This document shows, one piece after another, positions 10,861-20,143 of a DNA stretch of 64,000 bases; position 1 is the first letter of the stretch; the number at the start of each line of letters is the position of its first letter. The DNA is from Acidimicrobiia bacterium. GTDB taxonomy: Bacteria; Acidobacteriota; Vicinamibacteria; Vicinamibacterales; SCN-69-37. The notes beneath the pieces are model-generated. The model made no database searches. It was not told the origin of the DNA and was given only the letters and a program-made list of their open reading frames with translations. The position numbers were made by a program, and so were the translations under genes. Location: assembly GCA_045862915.1 (NCBI GenBank), contig BTVE01000004.1, forward strand, positions 38,055 through 102,054, read 5' to 3'.

Positions 10861-11546
10861 GTCCAACAAAAGGCCCCTACCACGTCGTCAATACCCGTCC
10901 CGAACACTTTGACGGGATCCGCGCGCTCACGCAGATGGTGTATCCCGATTCGCCACCGTGGTCATACGCGCAGTTGCAGTCGCACCTGGACCTCTTCCCC
11001 GAAGGGCAGTTCGTGGTGATTGACGATGACACCAACGTGGTCATCGGCATGGCTGCCAGCCTCATTGTCTGGTGGGATGACTACGCGTTCACGGAGAACT
11101 GGCTGAGTTTCACTGATGGCGGGATGTTCACCAATCATGATCCGGAGAACGGCCGGACGTTGTATGGCGCCGAGGTGATGACACATCCGAAGCGCCGCGG
11201 TCTGGGCGTCGGCAAGGCCCTGTACAAGTCGCGACGGCAACTGGCCGAGCGCCTGGGCCTGCTGCGTATTCGCGCCGGCGCACGTTTGCGTGGGTATCAC
11301 AAGTACGCCGCATCGATGAGCGCCGAGGAATACGCCATCAAGGTCGGGCGCGGCGAATTAAACGATCCGACCGTGTCCTTCCAGATTTCGCAGGGGTTTC
11401 ACATCCTGGCCGTGGTCGAGGGGTACCTGCGGCATGATCCCGAGAGCCTCGGGTGGGCGGCGGTCATCGAGTGGATCAACGAACGGGTGGCGACGCCGGA
11501 AGACTGGAAACATCGCGACGAGCGGTTTTCCGCCACGTCAGCGTAA
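10857..11546 (+). CDS. GNAT-family N-acetyltransferase
   Basis: Acetyl-CoA loop HPKRRGLGVGKALYKSRRQLAE. GTGA overlap with the upstream gene. Confidence 0.75.
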   Translation: MSPTKGPYHVVNTRPEHFDGIRALTQMVYPDSPPWSYAQLQSHLDLFPEGQFVVIDDDTNVVIGMAASLIVWWDDYAFTENWLSFTDGGMFTNHDPENGRTLYGAEVMTHPKRRGLGVGKALYKSRRQLAERLGLLRIRAGARLRGYHKYAASMSAEEYAIKVGRGELNDPTVSFQISQGFHILAVVEGYLRHDPESLGWAAVIEWINERVATPEDWKHRDERFSATSA

Positions 11547-12261
11547 TCCCCACCGCCACGGCCAGCGCCGTGGTCTGGGCCACGGCGGCCGGCACCTCAG
11601 GCACCCGCACCGAGATATCCCACCAGAAGTTCACGGCCCCGTGCAGCGCGATGGCAGGCCACAGGCTGCGCCATCGCCAGGTGATCCACGCAAACAGGCA
11701 CCCGCCGGCGACGGCGGCCAGCATGGGCGGGCCGATCACCGCGAGCGAGGCATACAGGTCATCGCGCAGGAATCCCAGCACCAGCTGTTCGTCCAGATCG
11801 CGATAGTGGGCCAGCGCGAACACGACGGACGAGCCCAGCGCAGCCGCCCACACGGGCCACCGCGCGCGATGCCACAACTGCTGGAACAGGAAGCCGCGAT
11901 ACAGCACTTCCTCGGCGACCGGGCCGAGCACGACGAAGGTCGCAAACGACGCGACGTCAAAGCGCGTGAACGCGGCTGCCATCGGCAGCGCGATCATCGG
12001 CAGGGTTGATGCGGCCATCAGGCCGGTGCCGGCCCACGCGGGTGTCAGCAGCCCCAACTCCGACCAGGCATCCCGCCAGGACTCACGCCGCAGCAGTTTG
12101 AGGGCGACCACCGTGGGCAGGACCCAGAGCAGCACCTTCAGCACGCCGTCGAGCCACACCATCGAGGTCAGTCGCCACGGACCAAACATCACCTCGGGCC
12201 GACTGCTGATCTCCCAGAAGAGCCGCGTGAGAGCGTAGACGAACAGGATCGGCAGGATCAT
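11476..12261 (-). CDS. CPBP-family (CAAX/Abi) intramembrane glutamic protease
   Basis: Motifs GPVAEEVLYRGFLF, FALAH and HGAVN in a polytopic membrane protein. Confidence 0.8.
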   Translation of the reverse strand: MILPILFVYALTRLFWEISSRPEVMFGPWRLTSMVWLDGVLKVLLWVLPTVVALKLLRRESWRDAWSELGLLTPAWAGTGLMAASTLPMIALPMAAAFTRFDVASFATFVVLGPVAEEVLYRGFLFQQLWHRARWPVWAAALGSSVVFALAHYRDLDEQLVLGFLRDDLYASLAVIGPPMLAAVAGGCLFAWITWRWRSLWPAIALHGAVNFWWDISVRVPEVPAAVAQTTALAVAVGITLTWRKTARRDVSSLPASPPVR

Positions 12262-14096
12262 CGCGCGTCGACGTCGAGTCCCACCGATCGCATGAGCGCC
12301 AGGGCGTTGCTGTTCTGCACGGGACCGTCACGCAGGACGTAGTCGAATTCCAGCGTGCCCGCGTCGAGCCTGTCGGAGAAGTGCACCTGCCTGGCCGACT
12401 CGCCCAGGCCCTGCGCGATCGCACCAAGCGCGAGATCGTGCGTCGTCGCCAGGCCGATGGCGCCCAGTGAGATCAGGCCGCGGAGAATGCCCTCGGCTCC
12501 CTGGCGTCGATCGTGGGAGTTGGTGCCGCTGAGCATCTCGTCGAGCAGAAAGAGCATCTGTCCCGACGTGTCCCGCGCGCGGTCGACCACCTGCCGGAGC
12601 CGGAGTACTTCGGCGAAGAAGCGCGACTGCCCGTCCTGCAACGAGTCGCCCACGCGAATCGAGGCGCTGATCTCCAGGGGCGTCAGCGCGCACCGGAGCG
12701 CGCGTACCGGCGCGCCGGTCCGCGCGAGGACCACCGTCAGGCCGATCGTGCGCAGCCACGTGCTCTTGCCCGACATGTTCGAGCCGCTGACAAGCCACAG
12801 GCGGGCGTCGGGCGCTCCGATCCTGATGGTGTTGGCGATGGCGCCGGCCGGCAGCAGCGGATGTGCCAGCTGTTCGGCCGCCAGGCGCGGCGAGCGGGCG
12901 TCCTCGACTGTGGGGTACACATACGACGGGTGCTCGGCCGCAAAACCGGCCAACGCCGCGATCGCTTCGAAATCGCCGATCGCATCAAGCCAGTCGGGGA
13001 TGTGACGTCCGTGGCCGTCACGCCAGGATTCGACCCGCAGCGCCAGCTGGGTGCCCCACAGTACGAAGGCCGCCATCGGTGCAAACATCACATTGCGTCG
13101 CGACGCGAGCAGGGCATCGAGCCTCGAGATGGCGCGAATGGCGTCGGAGGCGGCCACGCGCGGGCCGTCACCCCTGAGACGGTTCTGGATGTCACGCAGC
13201 AGCGGTGCCTGCAGCGGTGCGCGTTCGATGAGTTGCGCGGCGTGGACGAGCAGGTCGAGATCCCGCGCCGGTCCATCGACGCGTCCGATGACTGCGACCA
13301 CTCGTCCCCGCAGCGCGAGCGCCACGACGATCTGCACGAAGAGACACAGCTCAAACAATCCCGCGGGACCGCCGCCGGTGAGGCGCCAGATGGCGGCGCC
13401 CACGACGGAGACCGACAGCAGCGCGAGCGCCACCGGCAGCCAGAGACCACGGGGCAACTCCGCAGGAGCTGTGGCCCAGCGCTTCAACATGTCCGGATGC
13501 ACACGTGTGGCGATCGTGTCGCCTTCAACGCTCAGACGCTCACGCAGGTCGATCAGCGGTGCCAGTTCCTGCACCGCCTCCTGCCGGCGTTGTGTCTCGT
13601 TCACCCCGGGCAACGTGAGGAGCCAGCGGGCAAGCGTGCCTTGGCCGGCCTCCGTTCGGCAGGTCCCGAGCAGTTCGAACGCGCTGCCTCGCCCAAACAG
13701 GTCGAGGTCGCGGGCATACGGATGTGGGGCCGTGGCGTCCGCGTCAGCCACGGTCTGAAAGCGGGCTCCGGCATCACCCGTGCCGACCCATTCTCCGTGG
13801 ATGCGCACCAGACCCCGCCGGTAGAACTCCACGGCGCGTTGCGCGCGCCCGCGGTCCTCGGTGACCCGTCCATGCATCACGGCCAGCACCAGAAACGCCG
13901 CCGCCCCAGTCGCCAGCCACGGCCATGAGGAGAGACCGCCGAACCACGCCGCGAGCAGTGTAGCGATGGTGACAAGGATGCGGAGCCACCCGAGATGCGC
14001 GTGGCGCCGGTCTGCGCGCGCAGCCGCAGCGGCGCGCTCGGCATGGTGCGCCGTGTACAACGTGGCGATCGGATGCGTTCCGGGCGTGTGGGTCAC
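12258..14096 (-). CDS. Membrane-anchored MutS-family ATPase (MutS domain V only; not canonical MutS)
   Basis: Walker A GSNMSGKSTWLRTIG, Walker B/signature FLLDEMLSGTNSHDR, TTHD. N-terminal TM helices. Start uncertain: GTG at 14096 is chosen, while the track ORF reaches 14189 and overlaps ctaA. Confidence 0.7.
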   Translation of the reverse strand: MTHTPGTHPIATLYTAHHAERAAAAARADRRHAHLGWLRILVTIATLLAAWFGGLSSWPWLATGAAAFLVLAVMHGRVTEDRGRAQRAVEFYRRGLVRIHGEWVGTGDAGARFQTVADADATAPHPYARDLDLFGRGSAFELLGTCRTEAGQGTLARWLLTLPGVNETQRRQEAVQELAPLIDLRERLSVEGDTIATRVHPDMLKRWATAPAELPRGLWLPVALALLSVSVVGAAIWRLTGGGPAGLFELCLFVQIVVALALRGRVVAVIGRVDGPARDLDLLVHAAQLIERAPLQAPLLRDIQNRLRGDGPRVAASDAIRAISRLDALLASRRNVMFAPMAAFVLWGTQLALRVESWRDGHGRHIPDWLDAIGDFEAIAALAGFAAEHPSYVYPTVEDARSPRLAAEQLAHPLLPAGAIANTIRIGAPDARLWLVSGSNMSGKSTWLRTIGLTVVLARTGAPVRALRCALTPLEISASIRVGDSLQDGQSRFFAEVLRLRQVVDRARDTSGQMLFLLDEMLSGTNSHDRRQGAEGILRGLISLGAIGLATTHDLALGAIAQGLGESARQVHFSDRLDAGTLEFDYVLRDGPVQNSNALALMRSVGLDVDAR

Positions 14097-14161
14097 GTCC
14101 GGTTCGAGTGTACCGCATGAGCCGGAGGGCTGATGCCGCACCGGCCTATACTGCCCATGTG

Positions 14162-15091
14162 ATGACTGTCGATGCCGCGCGCGCGGCACGCGTGATGCGG
14201 TTTGCGTGGGTGACGCTTGGTGTCACCCTCCTGGTGATCGTGTGGGGAGCGGTCGTTCGGGCAACGGGATCCGGCGCCGGGTGCGGCAGTCACTGGCCGT
14301 TGTGCAACGGAGATGTCGTGCCGCTGGATCCCAGCGTCGGCACGATGATCGAATTCGTCCATCGAGTCACGTCGGGTGGCGTGATGATCATGGCGGTCTG
14401 GCTCCTGGTGCTGGTGCGCCGGGTCTGGCCGGCCGGCAGCGACGTCCGCCGCTGGGCCTGGATCTTCCTTGCCTTCATGCTCATCGAGGCCGCCGTCGGT
14501 GCGGGCATCGTGCTGCTGGAACTGGTGGAAGACAACGCGTCGGCGCTCCGAGCGGGTTACGTGGGCGGCCACCTGGTCAACACATTGCTCCTCGTCGGAG
14601 CCATTACCTCACTGTTGTGGTGGATGGCGGGCGGGTCCAACGGGTCCAGCGGCTCCGGCAGGTCCGTCAGGTCCGGGTGGCCGGTGGGGCTGTCACTCGT
14701 GCTCGTGGGGATGCTGATCGTCGCGGCCACGGGCGCCATCGTGGCGCTTGGCGACACGTTGTTCCCACATGCGTCGCTGCGTGAAGGCATTGCCGCCGAC
14801 TTTGACCCCACGGCGCATTTCCTGATCCGGTTGCGGATCTGGCATCCGGTGGCGGCCGTGGTGCTGGCAGGCGGCGTGTTGTGGCTCGCGTGGATGAGTC
14901 CGGCCCTGCAAACGCCGGCCCAGGCGAGGGTGCGACGTCTCATCGTCCTCGCGGTGTTCACGCAGTCGGCGTTGGGTGTGATCAACCTGCTCCTGCTGGC
15001 GCCGCTCTCACTGCAGATGGCACATCTGCTGGTGTCAAACCTGCTGTGGATTCCCCTGGTCTGGGCGTGGTGGACGGCACGCACGGCATGA
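14162..15091 (+). CDS. ctaA: Heme A synthase (COX15/CtaA)
   Basis: Motif RATGSGAGCGSHWPLCNG, conserved His residues in TM helices, 8-TM-like profile. Start 14162 or 14195. Confidence 0.8.
   Translation: MTVDAARAARVMRFAWVTLGVTLLVIVWGAVVRATGSGAGCGSHWPLCNGDVVPLDPSVGTMIEFVHRVTSGGVMIMAVWLLVLVRRVWPAGSDVRRWAWIFLAFMLIEAAVGAGIVLLELVEDNASALRAGYVGGHLVNTLLLVGAITSLLWWMAGGSNGSSGSGRSVRSGWPVGLSLVLVGMLIVAATGAIVALGDTLFPHASLREGIAADFDPTAHFLIRLRIWHPVAAVVLAGGVLWLAWMSPALQTPAQARVRRLIVLAVFTQSALGVINLLLLAPLSLQMAHLLVSNLLWIPLVWAWWTARTA
14634..14678. repeat. 9-bp tandem repeat (GGTCCAACG GGTCCAGCG GCTCCGGCA GGTCCGTCA GGTCCGGGT) inside ctaA
   Basis: Read directly. Encodes GSNGSSGSGRSVRSG in a loop of the haem A synthase. 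Confidence 0.85.
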
Positions 15092-15894
15092 GCCTCGATC
15101 CCCTTTTTGCCCCGTTGCACGAACCCGTGCACGCCTTCGTATTCGATCGGCTCCGGGAGCGACGCCCGGGGCGCCCGCTCGTGGTGGGCCTTCAGGCTCC
15201 GCAGGGCGCAGGCAAGACAACACTCGTCACGCACCTGCTGCGGCGTCTGCCTGAGTTGGGCTGGAACGGGACCGGGGTCTCGGTTGACGACTTCTATCTC
15301 ACCCGATCCGAGCAGGTCGCGCTGGCCGCCACCCATCCCGGCAATCCGTACCTCGAACACCGCGGGTACCCGGGCACACACGACGTGGCGCTTGGCGCAC
15401 AGGTTCTCGAAGCACTGCGTGAGTGCGACGCGGCGGCACGGGTGGTCCGCGTGCCCGTCTATGACAAGTCAGCGCATGGCGGGCGCGGCGACCGTGTGCC
15501 CGACGCCGACTGGCGTGAGGTGCGTGGTCCGCTGGACGTCGTGGTTGTTGAAGGCTGGATGCTCGGCTTCGCTCCGGTGCCAGACGACGCGTTGTCGGAT
15601 CCACATTTGCGGCCGGCCAACAACGCTCTGGCCGCGTATGGCGTGTGGTATCACCACGTCGACGTCTGGATCGTGCTGCGCGCAGCTGATCCGGCGTACG
15701 TGCTCGAATGGCGTGTCGAAGCGGAAGAACGCATGAAGGCGTCGGGCAAGCCGGGACTCAGCCGAGAGGCCATCACCGACTACATCCGCCGCTTCATCCC
15801 TGCGTATCAGACGTGGGCCGACGGCACCGCTGCTGGTCGGCCCCCGGATCTTTCGGTGACCATCGGCTTCGACCGTCGCCCAATCAGCCGTTAA
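15088..15894 (+). CDS. P-loop kinase, D-glycerate 3-kinase (GLYK)-like
   Basis: GLQAPQGAGKTTLV P-loop followed by SVDDFYLT, as in plant/cyanobacterial-type glycerate kinases. ATGA overlap with ctaA. Confidence 0.55.
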   Translation: MSLDPLFAPLHEPVHAFVFDRLRERRPGRPLVVGLQAPQGAGKTTLVTHLLRRLPELGWNGTGVSVDDFYLTRSEQVALAATHPGNPYLEHRGYPGTHDVALGAQVLEALRECDAAARVVRVPVYDKSAHGGRGDRVPDADWREVRGPLDVVVVEGWMLGFAPVPDDALSDPHLRPANNALAAYGVWYHHVDVWIVLRAADPAYVLEWRVEAEERMKASGKPGLSREAITDYIRRFIPAYQTWADGTAAGRPPDLSVTIGFDRRPISR

Positions 15895-16838
15895 CGTCCC
15901 AGCGCTTTCCTGATGGCGTCGACTGTCACCGTCGCTCTGTAGTCGACGATGGCGCGAGAGATGGCCAGTGTCTTCTCGAGATCGGCGACGGAGACGCCGT
16001 CGATCGTGGCCAGGCCGGCCTTGACCCTGGCAGAATGCCGCACCGCTTCCGGGTCGGTCGCCATGATGTTCATCGTGATGGCCGGATCGTCGTGCAGGCC
16101 GTCACTCTTTCTGCCCGTCGGCAACAGCCCCCTGGCTTCCATCGCCGCAGTGGTGCCGGCGTAATCGTAGTACTCGCGAATGTGCACCACCTTCGGTGCG
16201 CCGCTCCACTCCTTCGTGAACTTGTCGGCGACGGCCTGCATGCCGCGCACGTTGCCGCCCGAGTCGCCGATGAACACGATGTTGGCGAAGCCATGCGCCT
16301 TGAAGCTGTGCGCGATGTCAGACAGGAGCGCCTGGAACGTCTCCTCGGTGAGGCTGATCGTGCCTGGCGAGGTCATGTGGCCGCTGGGAGGATCGATACG
16401 GCCTTCCGGTACAAACGGGACGATGGGCGCACACAGGGCGTCACCAAGTTTGCGCGCAATGGCGTCGCAGTTGGCCCGCAGCACGTAGTTGTGTTTGCCC
16501 GTGGCAATCCACGGGCCGTTCGGCTCGATGCCCCCGGTTGAGATGATCACCGTGCGTTTGCCGGCCTTCAGGGCATCCCGCACGTCCATCCAGGTCATCT
16601 CTTCGATCCACACCGTGTCGGGAGAGGGGATGGGGTTCGGCGCGTCGGGACAGTTCCACGGGTTGTCCGCGCACTGACCGCCGCCCATCGACGGGGGACC
16701 GGCTTGCCGGCCTCGTCCCGCCGCACCCTGGCGTCCCGCGGCCTGCTGGCCCGACGGCGGATTCTGCTCAGCGGCGGCGATCGAGGCAGGCGCGACTCCC
16801 GCAGCCACAATCACGGCAATCAACAGGCACTTCTTCAT
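15891..16838 (-). CDS. Secreted creatininase-family-like amidohydrolase
   Basis: Signal peptide MKKCLLIAVIVAAGVAPASIAAA. GGIEPNGPW...GKHN and FIGDSGGN resemble the creatininase-family E..HGP / HGGN motifs. The assignment is tentative. Confidence 0.45.
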   Translation of the reverse strand: MKKCLLIAVIVAAGVAPASIAAAEQNPPSGQQAAGRQGAAGRGRQAGPPSMGGGQCADNPWNCPDAPNPIPSPDTVWIEEMTWMDVRDALKAGKRTVIISTGGIEPNGPWIATGKHNYVLRANCDAIARKLGDALCAPIVPFVPEGRIDPPSGHMTSPGTISLTEETFQALLSDIAHSFKAHGFANIVFIGDSGGNVRGMQAVADKFTKEWSGAPKVVHIREYYDYAGTTAAMEARGLLPTGRKSDGLHDDPAITMNIMATDPEAVRHSARVKAGLATIDGVSVADLEKTLAISRAIVDYRATVTVDAIRKALGR

Positions 16839-16882
16839 CGATGTTCCTCGCTGCCTTCGCATCAGGCACTCCGCACCAAGCA

Positions 16883-17281
16883 CTACGCACCGGGTTTATA
16901 CGCAATGCAGTCGATCTCGACCCGCAGGCCTGCGCCTGGCAGCCCCGCGGCCTGGATCGTCGTGCGGGCCGGCCGGTGGTCGCCAAACATCCGCGCGTAC
17001 ACGGCGTTCATGGCCTGGAACTCGCCCATGTCGATCAGGAACACGCCGCAGCGCAGAACGTGCTGGAGGTCCGAACCCGCCGCCTGCAGGATCGCCTGCA
17101 GGTTCTTCAGGCACTGCTCGGTCTGCGTGGCGACATCAGAACCCGCGAGTTTGCCGGTCGCCGGGTCGGTGGCACCCTGGCCGGAGACGAAGATCAGCCG
17201 CTCAAAGCCCATCCCCGGCGAATAGGGGCCGACCGGAGCCGGAAGGTTGGGCGCATGGACGGGCGTGGGTGATTGGCTCAT
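16883..17281 (-). CDS. RidA/YjgF-family reactive-intermediate deaminase
   Basis: APVGPYSPG...IFVSGQG...R.TIQAAGLP..ARVEIDCIA pattern. Start set at MSQSP (132 aa); the longer track ORF is an upstream extension. Confidence 0.85.
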   Translation of the reverse strand: MSQSPTPVHAPNLPAPVGPYSPGMGFERLIFVSGQGATDPATGKLAGSDVATQTEQCLKNLQAILQAAGSDLQHVLRCGVFLIDMGEFQAMNAVYARMFGDHRPARTTIQAAGLPGAGLRVEIDCIAYKPGA

Positions 17282-17338
17282 GGTGGGCGCAATTCTAAAC
17301 GTTTTCCTGCCCCGGAACTGCGGTAGGATGCCCGCACC

Positions 17339-19093
17339 ATGAACATCCTCGTGCCCGTCGCCGCCGCGGCTGCGTGCCTCCTGCTGGCATATCGGTGGTA
17401 TCCCCGCTACATCGCGCGCGTTTTCCGGGAGGATGACACCAACGTCCCTCCATGTGAACTCCTGGCCGACGGCAAGGACTACGTCAAGAGCCGCACCCAC
17501 GTCGTGTTCGGGCATCACTTCGCGACGATTGCCGGCGCCGGGCCCATCGTCGGACCGACGCTGGCATTGGCGTATGGGTGGCAGCCGGTCTGGCTGTGGG
17601 TGGTTATCGGCGGCATCTTCTTCGGCGCGATGCACGACATGACCGCCATGTTCGTGAGCGCGCGCGAAGGTGGAAAAACGGTCGGCACCATTGCCCGCAC
17701 GACGCTGGGACCGCTGGGATATCTGCTGAATCTGGCCGTCCTCATCTTTGTCATCGCGATCGTCAATGCCATCTTTCTCAATCTGTCGGTCACGGCACTG
17801 ACGTCGCTGTATCCGCTCGAGGCCTTGCGGCTCGAACCGACGCAGAATCTGCTGGGCACCATCGTTGAAGACGGCGTCGTCAAAGCGCGCATCGGCGGCA
17901 TCGCCACGACCTCGGTGTTTCTGATTACGGCGTTTGCTCCGCTGCTGGGCTGGCTCATCCGGAAGGATCGCCTGACCACACCACAGGCGTACGGGTTGGC
18001 GTCAGCGCTGTGTGTCGTCAGCGTGATCGCCGGGTTTGTGTATCCGATCTCGATGTCGGGCGAGACGTGGCGTGTCGTGATGACCGGGTACATCCTGCTC
18101 GCGTGTGCGCTGCCGGTCTGGCTTGTGCTTCAGCCTCGCGACTTCACGAACGTCCAGATTCTGTACGGCGGTGTGGCGCTGCTGTTTCTGGCGGCCATCA
18201 TCGCCGGATTCAAGGGCACGTCCATTCAGGCTCCGGCGGTGGACCTGCAGGCCGGCTACGCGGCGCTCAAGGCGCCGCTGTGGCCCATCCTGTTCATCAC
18301 GGTGGCCTGCGGTGCCATCTCCGGCTTCCACAGCCTCGTGGCGAGCGGCACAACCGTGAAGCAGATTCCCCGTGAAAGCGACATTCGGCGCATCGGGTAT
18401 GGCGCCATGGTGTCGGAGAGTTTCTTCGCGATTCTCGTGCTTGTGGCCGTCGGCTCGATGCTCACCCAGACCGAATACATGTCAGTGGTGTATCCCCCGG
18501 GAGTCGCCACCAACCCGGTGCTCGGCTTTGCGCTTGGCGCGGGTCGCCTGATCCATACGGCGCTGCCGTTCATCCCCGTGGCCATTGCTGTCGTCTTCGG
18601 CATTCTGATGCTTGAAGGCTTTGTCGTGACCACACTCGACAGCTCGGTGCGTCTCTGCCGCTATCTGCTGCAGGAAGCCTGGGTTGTGGTGTTCGGACCG
18701 GAGGGTCCGGCGTGGACGCGCAACGCGCTGATCAATTCGGGGCTGTCGGTGGGGCTGATGTTCCTGTTCGCCATCAGCGGCACCGTGCGGCAGATGTGGC
18801 CGGTGTTCGGCGCGGGCAATCAGCTGATTGGCGCACTTGCGCTGACCACGGTCTCCGTGTGGCTGGCACAGCGCGCGCGCCAGACGACCTTTGCCGTGGT
18901 CCCTGCGGTATTCATGGTGATCACGACTTGTGCAGCCCTGTACATCCTCGCCAGGAACAACCTGAGTGGCGGGAATGTCTGGCTGGGTGCCGCCGCCACG
19001 GGACTCCTATTCCTCGCAGTAGGTGCCGTCGTCATTGGCGTGTCGCGATTCACTCAAGCAGTCACTGACGACCGGATCCGGGCAGAAAGCTAG
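17339..19093 (+). CDS. cstA: Carbon starvation protein A (peptide/pyruvate transporter family)
   Basis: FGHHFATIAGAGPIVGP signature in a polytopic 584-aa membrane protein. Confidence 0.9.
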   Translation: MNILVPVAAAAACLLLAYRWYPRYIARVFREDDTNVPPCELLADGKDYVKSRTHVVFGHHFATIAGAGPIVGPTLALAYGWQPVWLWVVIGGIFFGAMHDMTAMFVSAREGGKTVGTIARTTLGPLGYLLNLAVLIFVIAIVNAIFLNLSVTALTSLYPLEALRLEPTQNLLGTIVEDGVVKARIGGIATTSVFLITAFAPLLGWLIRKDRLTTPQAYGLASALCVVSVIAGFVYPISMSGETWRVVMTGYILLACALPVWLVLQPRDFTNVQILYGGVALLFLAAIIAGFKGTSIQAPAVDLQAGYAALKAPLWPILFITVACGAISGFHSLVASGTTVKQIPRESDIRRIGYGAMVSESFFAILVLVAVGSMLTQTEYMSVVYPPGVATNPVLGFALGAGRLIHTALPFIPVAIAVVFGILMLEGFVVTTLDSSVRLCRYLLQEAWVVVFGPEGPAWTRNALINSGLSVGLMFLFAISGTVRQMWPVFGAGNQLIGALALTTVSVWLAQRARQTTFAVVPAVFMVITTCAALYILARNNLSGGNVWLGAAATGLLFLAVGAVVIGVSRFTQAVTDDRIRAES

Positions 19094-19162
19094 TTTCTTC
19101 GGACTTTCTACCCGGGGTCAGCAAACTCCGGCCCCGCCTCCGGCGTCTTTAGGGGCGGGACC

Positions 19163-20143
19163 ATGCACATCATCAGACGCCTGGCGGGGGCCACCGCCAT
19201 TTTTCTCGGGGTGAACGTGTGCCTGATGGCACAGGCCCCGGTGCCCGTCAGACTGCACGGAACTGTTGAGGCTGTCCGTACGCGGACAGTCGTTGTGCCT
19301 CGACTGGCCGGTCAGACACTGCCAAACCTGGTGATTACCTATCTGGTGCCGCCAGGGTCTCCGGTCAAGCCCGGTGACTTGCTGGTGGAATTCGATCGCC
19401 AGGAACAACGTCGTCAGGCCTTTGACCGGCAGGCTGAACTGAATGACCTGGCTGAACAAATCGGGCGAAAGCGGGCTGACCAGGCCGCCGCCAAGGCCAA
19501 GGACGAAACGGAACTGGTCCAGGCGAAAAACGACGTCGAGCGCGCGCGCCTGGAAATCCGCAAGAACGAACTCCTGCCGAAAGTCGACGCCGAAAAGAAC
19601 AACCTCGCACTGGAGCAGGCTGAAGCCCGCTACAACCAGCTGCAGACGACCTTTGACCTCAAGCGGAAGGCGGAGGCCGCGGACCTCGGTATCCTCGAGA
19701 TCCGCAGGGAACGCGCTCAACGCGCCCTGTCGTACGCCGAAGGCAACGCGGCCCTGATGGAAGTGCGGGCGCCCTTCGAGGGCTTGGCCGTCATCAAGAC
19801 GACGTTCCGCAACTCCGGCATGGTTGAGATTCAACAGGGCGATGAAGTGCGTCCAGGCATTCCCATCATCGACATCGTCGACCCGACTGCCATGCAGGTC
19901 CGCGCCAAGGTGAATCAGGCTGACGTGCCGAAGCTTGCGGTCGGCCAGGCGGCGGTAGTTCGACTGGACGGTTTTCCGGAGCTGGAGTTTCCTGGCAAGG
20001 TTGTCGCCGTCGGACCGTTGGCCGTCCAGGGCTCGTTTTCGCGCTACGTCCGTTCGTTCACGGCGCTGATCGAAATCAGCGGCACCCATCCACAGTTGAT
20101 GCCGGATCTGACGGCGTCCGTCCAGATTGGCGGGGGACAGTAA
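19163..20143 (+). CDS. HlyD-family periplasmic adaptor (membrane fusion protein) 1
   Basis: Signal peptide, lipoyl-like half motifs (VKPGDLLVEFD / VRAPFEGLAV), long coiled-coil hairpin, beta-barrel segment. Confidence 0.8.
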   Translation: MHIIRRLAGATAIFLGVNVCLMAQAPVPVRLHGTVEAVRTRTVVVPRLAGQTLPNLVITYLVPPGSPVKPGDLLVEFDRQEQRRQAFDRQAELNDLAEQIGRKRADQAAAKAKDETELVQAKNDVERARLEIRKNELLPKVDAEKNNLALEQAEARYNQLQTTFDLKRKAEAADLGILEIRRERAQRALSYAEGNAALMEVRAPFEGLAVIKTTFRNSGMVEIQQGDEVRPGIPIIDIVDPTAMQVRAKVNQADVPKLAVGQAAVVRLDGFPELEFPGKVVAVGPLAVQGSFSRYVRSFTALIEISGTHPQLMPDLTASVQIGGGQ

